From: Candidatus Hydrogenedentota bacterium
GTDB lineage: Bacteria; Hydrogenedentota; Hydrogenedentia; Hydrogenedentales; JAEUWI01
DNA: 64,000 bases
Assembly (NCBI GenBank): GCA_019637335.1
Contig: JAHBVV010000001.1
Span: 377,440-441,439, forward strand
Direction of reading: 5' to 3'
Positions 41,001-46,032 of the stretch are shown here, piece by piece (the first letter of the stretch is position 1; every line of letters begins with the position of its first letter). The position numbers and the translations under genes are program-made. The notes below the pieces were generated by a model, which saw nothing but the letters and a program-made list of their open reading frames with translations, ran no database searches and had not been told where the DNA came from.

Positions 41001-41469
41001 TGTGAGCGGGACGGTTAACCAGGCCAAGCCGCTGACGCCGGGCGCGGCTCCGGAAGTCGCCGCGCTCGATGTCGTCGTGTTTTCCGGCGCGAACCAGGCC
41101 CGGATCCCCGGCGCGCGCGTCACGATCTCGGGCGCGGGCATTTCGCTGGAGGGGACTACGAACCCGCAGGGGCACGCGGCGTTTCCGGCGCTGGCGCCGG
41201 GAAGCTGGGAGATTGTGGTGTCCGCTGGCGGGTATCCCGAGCACGCCTACAGCGCGAGCCTGCCCGCGGGCGAGCGCCATGTGGTCAGTGCGCCGCTCCT
41301 CCGGGACGAGCCCGCGCCCGCTCCGGGGAGCTGTCCCCCGCCGGCGGCCGCGAGCGCGCCGGCGGGCGCGCGGGGTGATTTCCTGCTGCTGGGGTTGATC
41401 GTGGGCGGGCTGTTTATTGGCCGGCGCCTGCGGTGGCGTTCCTCGGCTCGGGGCTTCGGAGATGCTTGA
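35098..41469 (+). CDS. Giant secreted surface protein (2123 aa) with parallel beta-helix repeats, five Ig-like (DUF5011/HYR-type) domains, thrombospondin-type-3-like Ca-binding motifs and a C-terminal hydrophobic anchor
   Basis: Signal peptide present. Many NxxGxxG and IxGN beta-helix rungs are visible. Five repeats of the form PPV(I/L)xLNG...CG...DPGATATD span 38850-40020. The acidic motif DPDSDGDGMPDGFE is present. C-terminus ...GDFLLLGLIVGGLFIGRRLRWRSS. Confidence 0.8.
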   Translation: MGGNMASVHFSPRALVARALYLGVLGLCGAIQPAQGAVFFVNSFGDEGDAVPGDGVAETMPGTGITTLRAAIEEANAFPGPDTIRWSLVYNQTCRDCPTHCVISINVTRPLPPLADPTGGTTIEGFSGHLIGTTMDPSLGEPGFNAALVIQSANNVVSGVRFRDFPQDGIVISGPNATGNLIQGVTIGKDACTLVTGVRRHGIVIENGASGNVIRGVNVVRSGGYGIVMTGEGTEGNTVVSSHLGQDPEANLPVCGIIPDDIEGSYVPIVPNHDPCDWDHMNAWHLKYVTSSHKPNTLGNILIEAGASNNTIGGAGRENRNYFGGAIWTSRHTLNDPFEFCDRDLLSDRPLPASGQTPGETPLFSNGDDTGITIQGAGTSGNRVINSDIGYRNVPVLDRVIDGDFNGFHLYPGRDMNGNGRFSIWIRDGATGNIIGDPEDPELGNRISFSYRDAIRIEGENTRFNGVYNNFISAEDHGVNILNGAKENHIGGPGAENHIRARDFGVVLQGAGTENNIVQGNRFDSNGFSGMAVFGGASNNLIGGAGPGEGNRFILNCSDGVVLYEADTRENRIFGNEISRSGEIGVFVVGGASDNFIGGPEPGQGNDIHSNFVTGVEIHDVSSTNNRILGNDIHNNETRGVFMVDGTSGNIVGGESLPERNRIFENGRAGIEINGAATERNQIRINSIFNNDEKGILLSFGANQGITPPVIDRFIPFSGSAAPNSLVDIFADDAEEGRDYIGGTMADAEGSYTIALDLLPYLNRNLTTTATDVDGNTSEFSLPISIIPPVFTDEPGDVVIVEGDDLLLPMVVEGAPEIALSWRFRAPGGGYEPVIANDFFSGVDTEALLLENGQFGHEGHYQCIADNGLGEVFSREVYVRVVVATLDTLDVNTLNDVADGNTSSIARLLASPGEDGLVSLREAILAANSMPGRNTVRFGVEGAIQLETPLPAIGDGSGGLVLDGGGTVALDGGLLEGSGSGLTIESAENTIRNLSIYGFPEHGILIEGPNAFDNAVVACRIGNDGAEPLPNRGHGIALSGGARDNAIGGAHRNAANLIAGNANAGVAISGAGTTGNRVIGNTIGEPGDGTLGGGNGIAGVYVFERASENWIGGGLPEEGNHIGGNTGIGVYVAGVGTSGNTIRNNSIHDNGDLGIRLFEGGNDMIARPAITGIDPIVGTAPPGCTVDFYSDLEDEGRTPLFSIVAGEGGTFEAPADLTNQEGTYLTATATDASGNTSAFSAPVPIDFTPPVLALNGPDRDTQECGTPHTDPGVTATDNFDGDLGSAVVVEITDGAGAPVETLSEAAPGEYTVRYTVSDRAGLAATPVSRRVRVEDTIPPVVAMNGPDVIEVACTGVWEDPGATATDSCGAAEWTVSGSVDTNTPGSYELIYRATDEAGNVSEPAVRTVVVTDSTSPVITLIGEATLDAECGAPWDDPGAVAVDDCGGEITVRRSGSVNTSRPGVYTLTYNATDLSGNAAEAVTRTVTVADRTPPALVLNGDAEVTITCGAGYAERGATLTDACEPGTEVRVSGDLNPNVAGVYTIFYDATDAAGNAAETIIRTVTVIGARAPEIFLTGEARVIIPCEAPYADAGARAYDGCDTDITASIEVDGLVYTTAPGEYTLTYRVRDGAGVPAEPVSRTVTVLPCVEPCDAQCNGDPDDAIDEDGDGLSRCREACIGTSDRNPDSDGDGMPDGFEYRYRLDPGRDDSGQDPDADGSTNIEEFLEGGSPRDPASPRRIYFVSPGGSDRAEAGTRANPWKTVAYAIGRVSPSADRPVRIFLEAGVYEERVTVKPHTELRSNPGASVEIVGSVVLREASALQGITLSSLESDAGIVFVEGTGAAVRDSVISGERAPGQAGVVIEAGAGAESEIEGVLFDGLDTGIDVFGTLPAVRHCRFTNIATAAIRIRAGAGLPRTGAAMGQGLNGWNEFGVTGGGLAIQNETGTVVSAQWNDWGTTSASGRQALVSGTVNQAKPLTPGAAPEVAALDVVVFSGANQARIPGARVTISGAGISLEGTTNPQGHAAFPALAPGSWEIVVSAGGYPEHAYSASLPAGERHVVSAPLLRDEPAPAPGSCPPPAAASAPAGARGDFLLLGLIVGGLFIGRRLRWRSSARGFGDA

Positions 41470-41728
41470 GTTTCCGGGCGGGGCGCGACGGGATCACGCT
41501 TGCCGATCACTTGCATGCGAGAAAAGTTTGGGTGGTCGGGGGCATTGGCGTACACTACGGTGTGATGCGCCCGCGCTACATCGGGCGCGGAGGGTCGGCG
41601 TATGCCAAATGAATTTGGACGGCGGACGTTTCTGGGGGCTACGGCGGGCGCGGCGCACTGCAAGGCTATGTTGGGGCTTATGCCTGGAGGGGCTTTGAGG
41701 CGGATATCGATCGGGGCGCTCAAACGTT

Positions 41729-41962
41729 GAGAAGCTGAGTAGCATCCAAGACGACACCCGAGCAACGCGCCAAGGTAGAAGAATGCGCCCAGGGCGTCCT
41801 CGACGCCCGGCAACCCCACCTCGACAACGGCGCCACCCTCGCTTACCTCGACGACCCCCACTACCTGCCAGCACCACTCCTGAAGTCCCACCAGAAACCT
41901 GACCGTGCTGTAGATCGCTGCTACCCGAAGGAGAAGCTTGAGACGGAACGGGTGGAGTTTTT
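41729..41962 (+). pseudogene. C-terminal remnant (~77 aa) of a YeeA/MmeI-like (type IIL/IIG) N6-adenine DNA methyltransferase
   Basis: Frame translation gives TTPEQRAKVEECAQGVLDARQPHLDNGATLAYLDDPHYLPAPLLKSHQKPDRAVDRCY. This matches, from recall, the conserved C-terminal motif of this methyltransferase family (...EQRAKIEE.AQ.ILDAR...LADLYDP..MPPEL.KAHQ.LDRAV..AY). A stop lies immediately upstream (TGA at 41726-41728), so there is no N-terminal part. Confidence 0.45.
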
Positions 41963-42118
41963 GTCTGGGTAGTATGAGGAGATGTCGTGCTCACCGCAAC
42001 GTTGATCGCGTTTTCTTGCCAGAAGTCTGGATTTGACACCACCAGTCAATGGTATTAGAGTTAAGAGCATCCCCTCTCGGGGTTTGGGCGGACAAGGGAT
42101 AACTCGGAATACACGGTC

Positions 42119-43183
42119 ATGAATTCTAACGCGGCTGAAGTTCAGCTCCTACTTCGCATTGAAGGCACCGAATCCAAGCGCTCCACCGTCGATGCCCCTA
42201 CGCTTGTTGCCACAATGGACGCCCTACAACGTGCAATCTACTATGTGGCGATGGACTGCTCGGGCCGGGACGTCCGGGAACGGGCGCGTGTACCCAATGA
42301 CATCGCTCGCCGGTTCGCCCTGGACTGCACAATCGCACAGCCTGGTAGCTTTGCCCAGCCAATGACACTTGGCGCGTTTGCCATGGACACAGAAGATAGC
42401 ACCCTCATACCCAAAGTCGTATCCGTGTTGAATGAGTGTATCCGTGCCATGTCGGAACAGAACATCCAGCATCTTCGCGGAGTGCTCTCCCATGAAGCGC
42501 TGCGAACTCGAATGCTCAAGACGCTTTCCGAGTTGGTCCCAAAGGCGGATAGTAATCACAAACTTCATCTTACTGTGGGGGACAATCCAGAGTTCAGTAT
42601 AACGCATATCACTTCCACGGTATTTACGAACCTGAAGAAACAAGTCGAACACGAGGAATCTTATCTTACTGTGACAGGGCGACTTCACAGCATCGATTTC
42701 TCCGAAAACAAGATTCGAATACACTATCCGGGCAATCAGAAAGAGCTGGAGTGTATTTATGACCCATCCGTAGAAGACCTCTTGCTCGACAATCCTCGGG
42801 ACTGGATTCAGGTCTCTGGAACGGTCGTTATGGACGATGACGGCGAACCGAAGAAAATCATCGGTGTTGACAATATCTGTGAACTGGATGTATCGGAAAT
42901 CGTAATACGCGAGATCGTCGCGGACGGGCAACCGCTCTATTTCCGGCCTGCCTTGCGCTTCTCGCCTCAGTCAACAGAGTCCAGGCAATTGATGTATGTG
43001 GTGGACGAGACGCTTGGCATTGATGTCTATGCTACGACACGGGAAGAATTGGTCGAATTGATCTGTGCAGAACTGGAACTTCTTTGGCGGGAACAGAAGG
43101 CGGAAGATGATGAACGTCTGTCGGACTTTGCCATGCGCCGACGCAAAGCCCTGCGAGACGCCGTCAATTGCAAGAGTGCTTAA
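42119..43183 (+). CDS. Hypothetical protein, 354 aa, soluble, no recognisable domain; first gene of the low-GC islet
   Basis: Long clean ORF in a ~50% GC region, with protein-like composition (balanced charge, no Arg/Ala/Pro bias) unlike the surrounding spurious ORFs. No TM helix or signal peptide. Confidence 0.5.
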   Translation: MNSNAAEVQLLLRIEGTESKRSTVDAPTLVATMDALQRAIYYVAMDCSGRDVRERARVPNDIARRFALDCTIAQPGSFAQPMTLGAFAMDTEDSTLIPKVVSVLNECIRAMSEQNIQHLRGVLSHEALRTRMLKTLSELVPKADSNHKLHLTVGDNPEFSITHITSTVFTNLKKQVEHEESYLTVTGRLHSIDFSENKIRIHYPGNQKELECIYDPSVEDLLLDNPRDWIQVSGTVVMDDDGEPKKIIGVDNICELDVSEIVIREIVADGQPLYFRPALRFSPQSTESRQLMYVVDETLGIDVYATTREELVELICAELELLWREQKAEDDERLSDFAMRRRKALRDAVNCKSA

Positions 43184-43198
43184 GAAGCGCGAGGGAGC

Positions 43199-43483
43199 GT
43201 GCTGTTGAAAGCGGCAGAGATTGAAAAAGGGCTTTTAAATAAAGGGTTTCAGAAGGCCCTGAGTAAGCACAGGTTCTTCAAGTACTACAGCAATAGCGGT
43301 GTCGATAGCGGCGTCAAGACCATGCTCAGCCACGGAGCTCGAAGCAAGACCTTGAGTGCCGATTTGATCGGCCAGATGGCAAGGCAATGCGGATTGTCGA
43401 GGGCGGAGTTTGAAGACCTGATCAATTGTCCCCTCAGCCGGGATAAGTACGAGGAGAAGCTCCGTCAAGCGGGGCGGCTGTAG
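43199..43483 (+). CDS. Hypothetical small protein, 94 aa (or 92 aa from TTG 43205); second gene of the low-GC islet
   Basis: Starts 16 nt after gene 1 with a GAGGGAG Shine-Dalgarno. Lys-rich and helical, with no recognisable motif. Confidence 0.4.
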   Translation: MLLKAAEIEKGLLNKGFQKALSKHRFFKYYSNSGVDSGVKTMLSHGARSKTLSADLIGQMARQCGLSRAEFEDLINCPLSRDKYEEKLRQAGRL

Positions 43484-43885
43484 ACGGCTCTGACATGGGC
43501 TCCAGCCACAATCCTCGCTGCTGCAGATGACGGTGAAGTTCCCGCCAGGTAGTTCCTCGGAATCAACCCGTCCGATATAGGAGGGTAGATACCGCCCCAA
43601 CGTCCGACAACTGATTTTATCCGGCCTTTTCCGTCCCGGCGATGTACCACAAGAACCCAAAACAGGTGTGTGCGCTACACCGAAACAAATGGCCTACCCG
43701 TACCGAAATGTGCATCGAACCCAGGCCCGACAGATCGCAAGGTCTATCGGGCTTTTCATCTCCCCCCACAACGCCCCGCCACTCACCACAAAACCGCTGA
43801 AATTGTGAACATCAACGTCCTTTTCCAGTAGTCTCGCCCGTCCGGGCTTGTGGCGGTAAACCCATGTAACGAGGGCACAAAAAAA

Positions 43886-43962
43886 TGGCGCGCCAGGAGG
43901 GATTCGAACCCGCGACCTACGGCTTAGAAGGCCGTTGCTCTATCCGACTGAGCTACTGGCGC
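43886..43962 (-). tRNA. tRNA-Arg (anticodon UCU) with encoded CCA
   Basis: The reverse complement reads GCGCCAGTAGCTCAGTCGGATAGAGCAACGGCCTTCTAAGCCGTAGGTCGCGGGTTCGAATCCCTCCTGGCGCGCCA. The D-loop, anticodon arm (CU-UCU-AA) and T-loop resemble E. coli argU closely. The 7-bp acceptor stem pairs, and the T-stem carries one C50-U64 mismatch. Confidence 0.85.
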
Positions 43963-44323
43963 GCATGGGAAGGCGTGGCGCGGGGGTGGTGGGCCCCGGG
44001 TCGCGCCGGGGGTGATTATTCCATATGGGCCCTGGCCGGGTAAAGTGGCGGGCTGGACTGGCGGGTACAGCGTTTCATGACGCTTCGGGTCACGTCACCC
44101 ATTAAGAATGAAAATGGACGGCGGCTTCGCCGCCTGGCAGGCGGGGACGCCCACCACGGCGCGTCTTCGACCTGCGCTCCCAGCCTTTGCCGCTTCCTTG
44201 GGAGAGATGCTGTAATCTGGTTTGTATGAGGCGGTTGTAGTGATGCCGAGGTTTTTTCAGAGCAGGCTCCCGCGATTTTGAGGTGGTTGGCGGCGCCTTT
44301 GCGCTCCGCCTGTTGTATCGGGA

Positions 44324-45079
44324 TTAAAAGCCGCCTTGTTGTCGCATGGCGTCTTCCATGGCGCGCATTATGGCGGGGTCCATGCCTTCCATCATGTTCT
44401 GGAGCTCGCCGAGGATGGCTTCGGGGTTTTCGAAGTCGAGGGTCATGCTCATTCCGGGGGCGGGGAGCATGCGGAGGGCGTGTACGCGCCATTGGCCGGC
44501 TTCGTGGCGGAGGAGGACTTCGTTGGGCATGCTGTGGCCGAATTGGGTTACGTTGAGGGCGACGCGCGCGCTGTTTTCGCTGGTTGTGGCGGCGCCGACG
44601 GTGAAGTTTTCGAATTGCTGGAGCGCGAAGTGCATCTGGTTGAAGTGTTGCCAGGAGGCTTCGGTGAGGTAGGGGCGACAGGCTTCGGGGCCGCCGGTGT
44701 TGAGGGCGTCCATGAACTGTTGGGTGATTTGCTCGGGCGCGGGTTTGCTGAAACCCGAAAGCGGGAGTTGGGTGGCGGCGAGGGCGACGATGGCGATGAT
44801 CGCGGCGACTCCGAGGAGGATGGCGGCGGGCTTGAGGAGGGGCTGGAGTGTGTCGCCGAGGCCGGGTGTGGCGACGACGGGGCGGGGGCGCTGGTTTTCG
44901 CGGGAGAGGCTGGCTTCGAGGGCGCTGGCGAGATCGGCCGGGAGCGAGGCGGGTCCGGCGTTGGCGGCGGCGGGCACGACGATGCGCGCACCGCATTTGC
45001 GGCATGCGCCGGCTTGTCCGGCATACTGATCGGGGATGTCGAGTGTCTCGTTACAGTGCGGGCAGGTCATCTGGATCAT
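44324..45079 (-). CDS. Hypothetical protein with an N-terminal zinc ribbon (CPHC...CRKC), one TM helix and a C-terminal periplasmic domain
   Basis: The sequence MIQMTCPHCNETLDIPDQYAGQAGACRKCGARIVV is followed by TM helix AAILLGVAAIIAIVALAA. GAGGGAG Shine-Dalgarno present. The longer 447-aa ORF upstream runs through repeat DNA and was rejected. Confidence 0.5.
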   Translation of the reverse strand: MIQMTCPHCNETLDIPDQYAGQAGACRKCGARIVVPAAANAGPASLPADLASALEASLSRENQRPRPVVATPGLGDTLQPLLKPAAILLGVAAIIAIVALAATQLPLSGFSKPAPEQITQQFMDALNTGGPEACRPYLTEASWQHFNQMHFALQQFENFTVGAATTSENSARVALNVTQFGHSMPNEVLLRHEAGQWRVHALRMLPAPGMSMTLDFENPEAILGELQNMMEGMDPAIMRAMEDAMRQQGGF

Positions 45080-45859
45080 GGTGGTTTCTCCCTCGTTGGC
45101 CCCCCTGTACCGGGCCGGTTGATCGCGTGGGTGCGTGGGTACCGCTTGTTTGTCAGTATATGGCTTTAATACGCTTGATACCAGCGTTTTATTCGTGATC
45201 TGTGGCGGGGGGTGGGGGCGGGTACAGCCACCCGCGAATTTGGGGTGGTTGGCGGCGCTTTCGCGGCTGGGGTGGTTGTTGTCGCGGGAGGCAGTCCCCT
45301 TGTTGGGGGTACAGCCACCCGCGAAATTGGGGTGGTTGGCGGCGCTTTCGCGGCTGGGGTGGATGTCGTCGCGGGATGCAGTCCCCTTGTTGGCGGGGAG
45401 AGGCGCACTGGGGAAAATCGCTACAGTGGTGTTGTGTTGGAGGTGTGGGGTAGTTGGTGCTCCGGGCACACGAACGGGCGTTGCCCGATCGCGCGGCACG
45501 GTGTGTGTCGCGGCGGTTTGGTACGCCTTCGCGGCTGGGGTGGTTGTTGTCGCGGGAGGGAGTCTCCTTTTTAGCGGGTACAGCCTTTCATGACGCGTTG
45601 CGTCACCCGTTAAGGTTGAAATACTGCTCGTGACTGTTGGCGCTCTTCTGGAGTCTCGCACGCTCAAGCCTTCGCGGCGGAGCCGCGGAGCTTGAACGTG
45701 GCACCCGCGGCTCGTTTTGAAATTTCGGAGCAGCCACCCGCGAGTTTGGTGTGTTTGGGGCGCTTTCGCGGCTGGGGTGGTTGTTGTCGCGGGAGGCAGT
45801 CCCCTCGGGGGCGGCGCGCGTCACGGCAGGTTGCCGCCGGTAGTCGCGGAATCTATAGT

Positions 45860-45889
45860 TTGCATGAAATTCCGGTTTTACTTTATAAT
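45860..45889 (+). promoter_or_regulatory. Sigma-70-like promoter candidate upstream of ppdK (TTGCAT - 18 nt - TATAAT)
   Basis: TTGCAT at 45860-45865 and TATAAT at 45884-45889, in an AT-rich patch of an otherwise GC-rich intergenic region. The hairpin gtccggaccccggac at 45901-45915 follows. Confidence 0.4.
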
Positions 45890-46032
45890 CTTGAAGTTTT
45901 GTCCGGACCCCGGACAAGGAGAGCCCCCTTACGATCGAAGACCGGCGCCTCAGCGAGCAGGACCGTGTTCCGCTCCCCCCTGACGCATTCGGCCGGCTCA
46001 CCCTACAAGCAACGTGAAGGAGAATGGTTACT

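Noticed and set aside
41494-42042. Minus-strand 182-aa ORF 41494-42042 at the island's left edge
   Set aside because: Ser/Pro/Arg-rich with no motifs. It overlaps the plus-strand methyltransferase remnant, whose translation matches a known conserved motif.
43886-43962. Possible amber-suppressor tRNA (anticodon CUA)
   Set aside because: That reading came from a first, mis-registered parse. Re-registering against E. coli argU places the 7-nt anticodon loop as C-U-U-C-U-A-A with anticodon UCU (Arg). The acceptor stem then pairs perfectly, and CCA is encoded.
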